This document shows positions 50,602 to 61,988 of a stretch of DNA of 64,000 nucleotides, one piece after another. Position numbers and translations under genes: made by a program. This DNA is from Camelus dromedarius (Eukaryota): NCBI RefSeq assembly GCF_036321535.1, contig NC_087436.1:21392001-21456000 (forward strand), written 5' to 3'. The notes beneath the pieces were generated by a model. That model did no database searches, had not been told where the DNA came from, and was given only the letters and a program-made list of their open reading frames with translations. Every line of letters begins with the position of its first letter. The first letter of the stretch is position 1.

Positions 50602-51651
50602 ATTCTGAGGATTAAGTAACAAAAATCAAAGTTTTTTTTACGTGACTAGGTTCATTTCCTCTGAATTCTTCTAAGAGTTAAAAACAAACTATCACACTTA
50701 TTGATTTAGAACCATCAGATTTTACTTCAGGAAAATCTAATACCTTTCAAAAAGTTATAATTTTAATGTTAGCACAAAAAATTACTTCCTAACATTTTTC
50801 ATTTAAAAAAAACTTTTCCGCAGCCAAAGATTCCTATTTTTGAATTACAGTACTGCAAGGCACATACAGAACTCACCTCCTTCAAAACACACAGAAGATA
50901 TACTCCCTGAAATAGAATTTTTAAAATCCTCAAATAATTAGAAATACTACAAAGTTAGCAATTTTTAGGTAAAAATGTGGCTCCTACAGGATCATGCACC
51001 TTTCTTAAAATCAATTCAGCACATATGTATAAATAATCCTTTTTTAAAACATTTGTACTTGAAATGCAGATACAGTGATGCTGAAGACAGCACTACACAA
51101 ACCTGAAAAGTACTACAGCTGGATGAATTTTATGTTATTGCCTTCAAGAGAGACTGTATCATCTCTAGTATTTTCAAAGACTTGAATTTAATAATGGATA
51201 ACTACACAGGTAATCTAAATAAAAGATTTTTTCTTTCCTTTTTAACAATATTTCCTTCAACTCTAATACCAATTCTTTTATAAAGGATAATAAATGAAAT
51301 TTTTTTTTTCTTTCAGTAAAACCAAGGACAGGACCATTTAAATACCTCTACTAAATTTAATGCAGCTTAATTAGGGACCAGGTATATATTTTCCTCTGAA
51401 AATTTTTGGTCAAGCATGTCTAACCATAAAAGCAAATGGAATTTTAAGAGGTAGATTTTTTTCCCATGATGCATTTTGTTAATAAATGTATTGTCAAGAA
51501 AATAAAAACAAGCACTGAATGTGTTTTCTCAAAGTATAAGGGTCTAATGAAAAGAAAAATAAAAGATAGATATGATACTTGTTACAGTCTGACATTTTAA
51601 CAGTCATAATATTGGCTGTTTTGTGACCAGTGCATTTGGACTCTCTCAGCA

Positions 51652-51813
51652 TCAAAATACGAGTCTGCCAACAGTATTAAATCCTCCTCCACCCCCACCA
51701 CCAGTTGGTCCGCAGCTTCCTGGTGGATCATTGTCATCAAATCCATTGGGCCGAAATGAACAGGAGGCAGATGCAGCTTGTAGGGCCCGGGCTCGAGCAT
51801 TCAACTCTTGTTC
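51652..51813 (-). CDS. USP38: USP38 terminal coding exon (53 aa + TGA)
   Basis: Acceptor TTTTAATTTTAG|GAA. Translates EQELNARARALQAASASCSFRPNGFDDNDPPGSCGPTGGGGGGGFNTVGRLVF*, the recognised USP38 C-terminus. In phase 0 with the previous donor. Confidence 0.95.
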   Translation of the reverse strand, partial: EQELNARARALQAASASCSFRPNGFDDNDPPGSCGPTGGGGGGGFNTVGRLVF

Positions 51814-54703
51814 CTAAAATTAAAAATAATTTTTATGAAATTAAAATTCTAAATACACATGGATGGACACAGCACCTATATAAATATTTTAAAATTGCCT
51901 CAATACGCATCCTTCAACTCTCAGTGACTGTAAAAATATTGATTACACTGATCCTTACCAAATCTTACTAAAGTAAAGTATATAACCACAGATGGAGCAA
52001 ACAAGATAGCAAAATCCTGTTGTAACTCTACGGAATGACAGATCCTAAAGGCCGTGTTGTTTCAATACTGCACTTTATAGAAGAGGAAACTGAAGCCCCA
52101 TACTTAAAATTTCTCTACAGAAATATTACAGTTCTTGCAACACTCATCCACACATACAGGAATGGATTTCTTTTCTAATACACAGAACAGAGAATTCAAA
52201 GGTCATGACAGTGGATTATCTACTCCCCATCAAGTGGGACCATTTTGGGAGTGGGCGATTACAGTAAAAAGCATAAATACTGAAAGAAGGCTGAATTTTT
52301 TTCTATCCTTTCCTCAGAATATTTCTCAGTAAATAAAAGATATCAGAAACACTGCTAAGCACAATGGAGCCTGTCTCCTTACAGTATTACTTAATGCTTT
52401 CCCTACCAGATTACTAGAACTTTTATAAGGAACCGTATTCATCTCAGTGTCAGACAAATATTAGGTGCTCAGTGAGTATTAATGACCTCAGATTGGAACA
52501 CTACTAGGTACTTAGCTACAAAAGGAGTATATGTGAATATTTATTTACTCATAAATAAATCAACTGCAAATTCATTTGACAAGGTGAAGAACTAGATTCT
52601 ACAACTGGCACAAACTCCTTGTAAGAACAGGGAGAATATTCTGGCAGACCCCTTTTTCTGGGAAAGAGTCTATAACTTTCTGAAGAGGTCATCAATGTGA
52701 GCAAGGCCTGCAAGCCAGGTAACAGCACAACCCTTAACTGGTTGGGTGTCATCATCTTAAAGAACCTTCACAGTACACTCAGCATGAATAACAAAAACCG
52801 TACGATTTCCAGTTTTTCAACTAAAAGCCTAACTACTTTGCTCCTCTGGGCCATAGTACTATTATTTTATAATTTCTAGCTAAAATTTCTTAGTTGACTA
52901 TTCTACCTCCTTCATGAGATGTCCAGTTTTTCACTATGGAGAAAACCCCCCAGGCTTACCCTGACATGTATCTGTCATACTATGGACACCTTGTTTCTCA
53001 GTAGCACACAGTGACTGCTGTGCGATTCCCAGTACACAGATTATCAAGAACCACATATTTTTTTTATGGCTGACTGTGACCTTAGATAAGAAATCCTCAT
53101 AGTAGAATGGCTTAATTAACCAGTCTCTGACAGGCCTCAGAGAGGCTTTCAAACTTAATTTGCAGGATATTTCTCAAAAACATTTTTTCCATTTACTCTA
53201 TCATTTACAACATTTATAACTGGCTTCTCTGTATAGTGGCTAACGACACAATATTTTCCAGGAGATATGTTAATTTATTCTTCAATCTGTAAAGTTAAAG
53301 TAAGAACTATAGATTTTTTTTTAACATACAGAAAATAAAAACCATAGTTATTTCGGAAATAGACACAAAAATAAGAAACAAAAATCCTCTGCTCTATAAC
53401 CTATTAAACCAGCTAAACAATCAATGAAAATATGACTCTGTATCTAAGAAATAATATCTGGTTTACGATTTGCACATGTTCCCTAAAGAATGAAATTAAA
53501 CTTAATGAATATGGAAGGTGGAGTTCAAGAAGTTCTGTTCCTAAAAGATATGGTGAATTTTGCCTGGACTTTGTTGAAAAGTGATTTCCTGCCAGAATAT
53601 GTTGAAGGAGATACAAAATACAAAAAAATTGAGTTAGTAACTCCATTGCTTCTGAGACTCTTGAAACCTATATTATATTTCAAGACAGAGCATCCCAAGA
53701 AAGTAATATTCCTTTCTGCTTTCTTATCTACTTATACAAATACATGGCTAACAAGAAAAACGTATGAAATTCTGTTTTTAGAAGCTTAAACAATGGATAA
53801 AAGTAGGCTTTTCATTTTATTTCTTTTAATATAGATGAGAACATTATGTAAATGTCACAAATTATGAGTCTCATAGCATATGTAATTTATATCCCAATTT
53901 TATATCAAGTATGAAAGTTAATTATTTCAGCAGTGGACAGTTGACCTAGTGAGAAAAAAGAGTTACTACTGCTTTGGGACAAAACCCTTTCAGTATATTT
54001 AGATTTCTCATTCAAGTAAATCTGTTAACATTAAATTAATCCATTTTTTCCCTTTAAACTACACAGATATAATGTATACTCTTCTGTATGTATGACAAAG
54101 CAAAATATTAAGACATTAAACTACCACCTCCTCCAAGGAAACAAAGAAACCCAACAAGGAAGGGGAGAATTGCCTGCAGCTGGTGTGGGACAGGCGGGGC
54201 TAGGTATGATCTCCGCAGTGCAATGGTGGTGCAACTTACAGCTTTCTCTCCCTGGATCCTAACCAAAGGCATGATTTTTGCAGTCCAGACTCTAAAATAA
54301 CGGAGATACTCCTAATGGAAGTTGGACTGAGAGGAGAGAAATATATGAAAAGACAAGCCTTTTCCAAAATTTACTTCAAGATCCACAATTTACATTGGTC
54401 TCCTATGTGTCAGCATACGACACAGTAGAAAATGGTTTGTCAGACAGGATTTTTTTGCCCAGGCATTTCAAAACCACCAATCCTGCCAACACTAGAAAGA
54501 GCAAGAGTTTCTAACTTCTGTAAATCTAGTTGTGACTTAACTCCACACCCTTCCTTTTACTAAGATTTAAGTTTTCTACAACTGTTTTATGTGTTTACAT
54601 CATAATTCAAACTGTATCAATTACATTGTTGTATTTAAAAATGAATAATACAGTCTAACTATATTTAAATTTCTAATCAAGAGTATTATTATAATTTGCT
54701 TTA

Positions 54704-54861
54704 TTTTTCTTAAATAAACTTTGTATCTTTTAATTAAAAAATTTTTTTTGTTGAGGGGAGGTAGTTTTACTTATTTATTTTTAGAGGAGGTACTGGGGAT
54801 TGAACCCATGATCTCATGCATGCTAAGTGTGCTCTCTACCAATTGAGCTACACCCTCCCTG
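54704..54861 (-). mobile_element. Camelid tRNA-derived SINE in the last USP38 intron (sense to the gene)
   Basis: GGAGGTACTGGGGATTGAACCC...CATGCTAAG...TGAGCTACACCCTCCC. TSD TATAATTTGCTTTA at 54690-54703 and 54862-54875. Confidence 0.88.
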
Positions 54862-56410
54862 TATAATTTGCTTTAAAAAGGCACTTTGATAATGAAGCTT
54901 TAACAGCCTGTCTTAATATAGGCAAGTAAATACCTTAAAGTAAAATTTAGCATTATCTTTTTCGCATTAAACAAATGGCCAATCTGAGACTTAAGATGCA
55001 ACTTAAAACTACTGCACAACACTGAGAAACTGAATTAACAAAGTATATAATAGTTCTCCTTTACAGTGAGAGAAGGGTCTTAAAACAATAATGAAAAGAA
55101 TGGCTCATCACACATAAACACTGTAAAATCAGGATGTAATGGGGTAAATGGCAAGACAGAGAAAATCATTTAGAGCTAGGCTGCAATACAAGTAGTTGTT
55201 ATGGTTGTAAGAGCTTTTGGCATTCCAGTCACAGAAATCTGAGGAGTTTCTGCATGTTTCCAAAAGTCAAGATTGCACTGAGTCTTATTTTTATATTTTA
55301 CATATTAGAAAATTTCTATTTCAATCTAACCCTCTTACCTTCACTCTCCAGTCTTCAAGAATCATGATGATTCTTATCAAGTGCAATATCATTTGATATC
55401 TAGCAAGAAGGACATGGTTGAATATAGTCTATTACCTTGATCATAAACCTTCTGACTGGATGTTAGAATCTTTGCTAGCGAATAATTCTAACAAATATTC
55501 TGTGTTTCTGATTTTTTCCTGTAAAATGTATCATGTATCATTACTTATTTTACAGTACAGTAAATGTGAAAACTTTTGAATAAACTTCCCTCTGAAAATC
55601 AGTACCATTTCTTCTCTTATTCTATATCTTTTAGGAGTTTTGTGACTTTCAAACACAAAATTTTTAGAAACTTAAAATCATAAAATCATTTGTAACACCT
55701 AATTACTACACCTACAACTTCAACTTCAATTTACTGCCTGTCTTTTATGTTGATAGCAAGTTGGCAGGTTTCAAAGAAAAATATTTTCAGCAAGGTCTTT
55801 ATTAATTTTAAAGTAAGAAAAATCAGTAATTCTTTGTGAAAATTACATTTATAAGTAAATTTAGTTCATATGAAACCTTTTATCCATGATTTTTATTATT
55901 AATTGTTCTTTTATAGCCTTGGTTTTACTGATCAGATCCTTAAAGAATAGAAATATCCTATCTTTAGTGTCCTTTATGTTACCCACCTGACTGTCAAGAA
56001 ATAGTTCTTACAGTATTTATACAAATATCTAGAAGGAATAAATGCCAAATTTGGCAGTTGTTTCCCCTGGCAGATGGGACTGAAGAGAAGAAGAAAATAC
56101 TTCCATTTTATTAAACTTTCAGTGTTTCTGTATGGAATGATTTTTACAATGATCTCATCTTTTGTAATTAAAAACAAAGAATGTCTGCTATACTGCATCT
56201 AATTGCTACTTTTCATAACTAATTCCTAACATTAGAAAGAAAATTTAGTTCCATAGGTTGAACCCATTTCATATAAGCCCAGATTCAAAATTCAAAATTA
56301 TCACCTTGAAAATGTAGAAGTTGGATTTCAAAATGAAGGGCACTCATTTAACCACCTGTCAACTGTTTAAATACTTTCCACAAATGATGAAGCTTCTATT
56401 TTCAACTTAC

Positions 56411-57770
56411 CTGTAAATACAGCTTATTGTCTTTTGTTATGGCATCCATTAGTTCTTTCTGGAGAGGTGGGTCTCCATTTACCCAGAGTCCACTGGTTGA
56501 ATTATTACCACTTAAACCATTAGTGCTGTTCTGTTTTTTATACAAAAGCACATAGGCTGTGTCCTTTGGAAATCTACTCGTGATTTTCTGGACTGACTGA
56601 AATGAAGTAAACGTCACTCTGCTGTCATTAAATAAAAACCATTCTTTTGATATCTCCTTATTTTCCAAATCCTGTTCAATCACTGCACTGGGACTATCCC
56701 TCCCTAGTAAATGACTCTGGGAGGAGGCTAACGCCAGAGTTTCGGGCTGGTGGCACATCTGGTATGAGGACTCTGTACCTGTGATGTTTCTGGCATAAGA
56801 GTAGTAATGCCCGCTTTCAGAGGATACACCAGAGTGAACGACAACAGAACTTAATAGATAGGGCACCAATTTTGGGCAGCAAGCTTCTTCAGTCCCAGAA
56901 GGCTTTAATTTTTTAGCTAGATTCTCACTAATATCAGTGAAGTCAACATCTAGAGACCAACTTTCTGACAATGAAGAGAAAGAAGTAGTTCTTTTAACTG
57001 GCAACTCCAAAACCAGTGGCAGTGACACATTGTCTAGAATTTTTCTTCTCACATGATACTTCTGATCATATGAAAATCTTAGGAGAGTAAGAATTAGGTA
57101 TTCAGGTTCCTCCGTAATTTGCATAGTTTTCTCGGCATTCTGCAGAGAGGCACAGTTTTCACAATAATATTGGTTGTCACCAGTAAGAATCTCTGGAGCC
57201 AAAAAATAATGTAGTAAGTCAGTTACTGAAGGTGTGATTTCACCTCCTGGTTTCTGAGGTACATCCTTATTAACAAGAATCTTGCTAGAGTCATTAGGGA
57301 CAGAAGTGTCTTCAGTACAGCGAAACTCATCGGAACTGTCCACCATTCTTTCATTCACAGCTGAGTCACAGACAAAGGCAGCTGTTGCTGGATTACAGAC
57401 TCCTGGTTCTTTTGAAGGACCAGGTACACTGGCTTGCATTAGACCACCATCCTGTGTACTGGGTAATGATGCTGGATCTTGAAAAGACAAGTTTTCCACA
57501 GAAGAGGAAGGACAAAAGGCAAGTGAAAGATCCGTAAAGGCTTCCACTTTTTGTGAGGTACTCCTGCAGTTCAGACAACGTATGTGAGTTCGTAGTTTTC
57601 CTCCAAACATTTTTTCGATTAATGTCTTCTCACCATCACTTGTGCAAGGGGTCTCTGTTAGTACAGCTGCCTTACTGGCTACTTCTTGTAAAGAAGTTTC
57701 ATTGTACCCCATACTTTCGGACAGCTTGTGTGAGGACTGAACTTTCAAGATCTTTTCTTCTTCATGGAGC
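56411..57770 (-). CDS. USP38: USP38 large coding exon (probably exon 9): most of the USP catalytic domain
   Basis: Lies within ORF 56402..57805. Acceptor TCTCCTGCAG|G, donor CAG|GTAAGT, 1360 nt. Contains the zinc-finger pairs CLNC and CENC, the His box VVVHSGVSSESGHYYSY and the Asp motif WFLFNDSRV. Confidence 0.97.
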
Positions 57771-57934
57771 CTGCAGGAGAGTATATCATTATAGAGCTTC
57801 TTCACCTAAGTTTAAATGTCATTTCCGTTTAAAAACATTAGTGGCTTACATAAGTAGCCAAATTATTTTTATCAAATATCTTGCTTAATTTAAAATGTTA
57901 GCCAATATATGTAAAAATAGATTTAAAAAGTTTC

Positions 57935-58115
57935 TTCTGTATAGCACAGGGAACTATGTTCAATATCTTGTAATAACCTTTAATAAATATGAAAACGAAT
58001 CTATGTATGTATATGCATGACTGGGACATTGTGCTGTACACCAGAAATTGACACACTGTAACTGACTGTACTTCAGTTTAAAAAAAAAATAAAAAAACCA
58101 AATGAAAAAATAAAA
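57935..58115 (+). mobile_element. Camelid-type L1 3' end in a USP38 intron (antisense to the gene)
   Basis: CTGTATAGCACAGGGAACTATGTTCAATATCTTG...CCAGAAATTGACACACTGTAACTGACTG plus an A-tail. Confidence 0.85.
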
Positions 58116-58504
58116 TATTTAAGTTTTTCTTCCTTTAAACAAGAGGAATATTGAACAGTTTGAGAATGTAGATCAGACAAGACGTTAGGGACTGTTACTA
58201 CCCGATATTCTCATTACACTTTCTTCATACTGCTGTTTTATAGCACTTATTATAGTCAACTCTATATGTCAATTAACTGTCTTATATATCTTTGTCTGCC
58301 TGGCATGTCATAGAAATCCTGGCAGAAAGAAATCATTCAACATATCCTTGCTGAATGGAAGGAAGGTTGCACGTGTTGAGCTCAACTAGCCATTCACAGA
58401 ACAGAAGGAAGGCAATATAGGAAGATAGTAGCTCTTCTTATTAACTATGTGGTAAGAAGACAGTAAAATTTACCAAGTCCACTCAATTAGGAACTGGTCT
58501 AAGG

Positions 58505-58968
58505 AGCAGGTATTTAATTTTTTGTCTCAGGACGCCTTTATAAAAAATAAGTATGGTTTCATTTATGTGGTTATATCTATCAATATTTACTGTATTCAAA
58601 AATTGAGAATAAAAATAGTAAAATAAAAGATTTGAAAACAATAATAAACTAATTACATGTTAATAGAAATAAACATTTTTAAAATGAAAAAGTTATATTT
58701 TCTAAAACCAAAAAAATTAGTGAGAAGAATGGCACTGTTTCACATTTTGCAATTATTTCAAGTCTCTAGCTTAATAGAAGACAGCTGGATCTTCCTATCT
58801 GCTCTGCATTCAGTCTACTGTCATACACCATTCTGGATGAAGTATATGAAGAAAACCTGGCCTCAACTACATATATGCACAGATATGAGCTGGAAATGGG
58901 AAGACCCAGGAAAGTGTTTTGGGAACTCCCTAGGGGTCCTTGTCCCACACATTGAGAACAGCTGGTCT
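58505..58968. mobile_element. Charlie1-like hAT fragment
   Basis: AAAATTAGTGAGAAGAATGGCACTGTTTCACATTTTGC...TTAATAGAAGACAGCTGGAT...TTGAGAACAGCTG. Confidence 0.65.
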
Positions 58969-59151
58969 AAAGTAAGAAGATTTAAAAAAAAAACAAATTA
59001 AAAATGAGAACAATTAAAAAATATAATAAATGCAAGGCATTTTAAAGATTGACATCTGAAATACGTTTTTACAGGTAAAAACAATGTTCTGTAAAAATAA
59101 TCTGTTATGAAAGAACACAATTCAAATCACAGCTTTAGAAATACTTTTTAC

Positions 59152-59258
59152 CTGTCTAGTAGAAACCTGAGGTATTCAGAACAGTCTTGCTGTGATCTGG
59201 GGGTAAACCATGGAGGTCTGGAAGCCTCAAAGAATATCCGAGGTGCATATGCTTCTCT
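59152..59258 (-). CDS. USP38: USP38 internal coding exon (probably exon 8) carrying the QQD motif
   Basis: 107 nt encoding REAYAPRIFFEASRPPWFTPRSQQDCSEYLRFLLD + AG. Acceptor CCAAAAG| and donor AG|GTAAAA. Phases match both neighbouring exons. Confidence 0.94.
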
Positions 59259-59439
59259 CTTTTGGTATCAGTAGAGACAAAACAAGAGAGTGATTCTCAC
59301 ACTATGAACCAAATAACTGAAATCTTAACATATAGCTTAATCAAGATTACTAAAATTACACTGGCTTAACCTTTACTACAAAGTGCCAAACACAGGGACA
59401 CATAAAATTAGCTAGAAATAAATTTAGGTAACTTTCAGT

Positions 59440-59568
59440 CATACCTTCTCATTTTGCAGATGAGAATTAAGATCCAGAGAAACTATGTGACTTGCCCAAG
59501 GTCACACAGCTAAATTAGCAGCAGAGGGGATGATATCAGAACCCAGGTATCTCTAACTTAATACAATG
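59440..59568 (-). mobile_element. MIR SINE
   Basis: CTCATTTTGCAGATGAG...GTGACTTGCCCAAGGTCACACAGCTA...AGAACCCAGG. Confidence 0.8.
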
Positions 59569-60049
59569 CCCCTGGCGTTATCCCTCTGACAGTCATGTGC
59601 TTGATTCCACAATTTTTAAAAACATAAAATCTGAAAAAGACATGCGACTGAATATATGTTTTGGATAAAGTAATAAGGGGCATACTCCACAGAATATGCA
59701 TACCTATTTTAGGTGAAAATTTTCTTGGCTGGGTACACATGTCATAAATATACAGAATATGAACACACTGGGGGTTAGGGATCTTGCTCATTTTATTTTA
59801 TTTTTTTTCGTAAAGAGGCAGTTTAGTGAAGTGATGTGATGGATTTGGAGCAAGCTAGGTTCAAATCCTAGATTTTGACATGGCAAAAACAAACAAACAA
59901 AAAAGAACTGAAAAGACATCTGAAAAATTATGATTGTAACTTGAAAATTTAGAATTCTCTTGACATTTTGAATATTTGTGGTACATAACAGAGCTCTAAG
60001 TTAAGGAAAATTTTTATCAAGATAGGAGTATTTATGGCATTTTGAAGGA

Positions 60050-60280
60050 AAGGAGTTTAGTGTACTGGCTGAACATGGGTTCCAGAATCATTTGGTTCAT
60101 ATTCCAGTCTTGCCACTTATTTGCATGACCTTGAAAGCAGGTAATGTAAGCACTGTTTCTTCACCTGTAAAATGGGGATACTATCGTATTACCTTAAAGA
60201 TTGAGTCTGAGGATTAAGAGATAATATATGTAAACCACTTAGCACAGGAGCCAAATTTAAATGCTAAAAAAATGTTAGCT
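60050..60280 (+). mobile_element. MIR SINE
   Basis: TGCCACTTATTTGCATGACCTTG...TTTCTTCACCTGTAAAATGGGGATA...TGAGGATTAA. Confidence 0.75.
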
Positions 60281-60540
60281 TTGTTAATTATAAAAAGAAA
60301 AACCTTTAAAATTATATAGGGAAAATCTATGTACTAAAACAATCCTTGTTGGCCTGCTATGGCCAGGTCTTGACTGTAACAAAATTTTAATTAGGGTCAC
60401 TTCTTAATAACTTTTTCTTTTGTTGAGAGTATGGAAGCTCCTAAGGTTTTTTCCCTAATAGCCCTGATTTAGTAAATAATATAGTATATATAATGTATTT
60501 ATAGCTACATGTATACACATAGATATACATACATATTATA

Positions 60541-60823
60541 TAGCTGACCACTGAACAACACGGGGGTTAGGGGTAGGTGTACTGGCCCTCTGCTTAGTCA
60601 AAAACTTGTGTCTAACTTTACAACAAGCCCTCCATATCCGTGGTTCCGCATCTGTGGATTCAACCAACCATGGACTGTGTAGTACTACAGTACATCTTTA
60701 CTGAAAACAATCCATGATTGACACAACATTGTAAACTGACTATACTTCAGTAAAAATATTAAAAAAAAAAAAAATCCATGGATCCTCACAGCTCAAACCT
60801 GTGTTTTTCAAAGGCCAACTCTA
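60541..60823. mobile_element. Tigger2-family (TcMar) non-autonomous element containing a tiny L1 insertion
   Basis: Degenerate terminal inverted repeats AGCTGACCACTGAACAACACGGG / CCTGTGTTTTTCAAAGGCCAACT in a TA-rich context. Confidence 0.7.
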
Positions 60824-61894
60824 TATATAGTGATACAGCAAGTGAATAGGTCCATTCATTAGAAAACAATGTTTGGGAGCTGGAGGGAAGAGATTTTGTC
60901 TTCCTTGGTCCTGAGATGTTAAATTTTGTGAACATATTTCCCCCAGATAGAGAATAATAAAATGATATTTAGTATCTCATAGGCCATCATTATCATCTCA
61001 TAGGTCAATCCTGTCTTGATTTTTTCCATTTAAGAAGGTATACTTGAGATATTTCTCAGTTTGTAGATAGGAAACAAAGCATTCCTATCAATTCAATTCC
61101 ACCAACTCTGGACCTATCTTCTCTTCTGGCTGCAACTACCTACTCTTTTAGACTCTGTGAAACTAAGACAATCAAAGTAAAATCAGAAGGTAGTATTTAA
61201 TACTTATAAATGGTATATATTATTCATATGTATTACTGAAAACTTAAAGTTCTTTGAGCATAAGGATTCCTTTTTGAATGCTTATCAGATTGCATATTGT
61301 GTCTCTAAATAAATGTCTGCTGGATGAATTTACTATATGTGACTTTCTTGCCATTAGCATAAACTCATTTCATTGGATTAACATGTGGACATAAAAGAGC
61401 AACACAAAATTTTTAGATCTAGAGCTTAAAAGTTTAGTTATGATGAAACGGTATATACATATATTAGCAACGGGAGAAAAAAGAAGCCAAGGTGCCACAA
61501 AATTATTTTAATTGTTCATTTTTAACTGTTCATTACTGTGAAAAATCTATCAATTAGTATCTATAAAATTAATATTAAAGATGCATTATAAAAGATTTCT
61601 TCATGGAGGAACTTACTTATTGAATAAAAATCAAATTTTAGCTATAATAATTAGAATAATGGATCAGCAAAATATTTATCTACAAGAATGAAAAGCAGAA
61701 AGCAGAAATAAAAACTTAGGGCATATCCTGATTTTAGGCAGTATCTCTTGAGATTTCTAAGTGGATCTGTTGTGCTGGGAGATATATGTATTATTTCATC
61801 AATTAAAAAGGTTCACCAAGTTTGGTATACTGGGAAGTTTAAAGAAGATTATCAATGCAGTTAATATATACATACTACACACTCTAACACTCAC

Positions 61895-61988
61895 CTGTGT
61901 ATGAGCCAAAAAGGCAAAAAGATGCTGTAACTTTTTCATTAATGAATTGCACCCATTTAGATTTAAAGATAATACTTGTCTCCTGAAA
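61895..61988 (-). CDS. USP38: USP38 internal coding exon (probably exon 7), immediately after the Cys box; upstream exons lie outside the window
   Basis: Acceptor CTCTTTCAG| and donor CAG|GTGAGT. 94 nt = 1 nt + FRRQVLSLNLNGCNSLMKKLQHLFAFLAHTQ, recognised as USP38. Exon number is from recalled human gene structure. Confidence 0.93.

Larger units (their letters stand above)
47750..51651 (-). other. USP38: USP38 3'UTR (extent inferred; several candidate poly(A) sites)
   Basis: AT-rich, repeat-poor sequence after the stop codon. Minus-strand ATTAAA at 50596-50601 and AATAAA at 48051-48056 and 47768-47773. Confidence 0.6.

Noticed and set aside
51597..51800. 67-aa minus-strand ORF over the last exon
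   Set aside because: It is an alternative frame. The frame dictated by splicing gives the recognised USP38 C-terminus ending at 51652.
57771..57805. N-terminal MKKLYNDILSC of the 467-aa ORF as a protein start
   Set aside because: It is intronic. The exon begins after the TCTCCTGCAG acceptor at 57770 and splices in phase to the upstream QQD exon.
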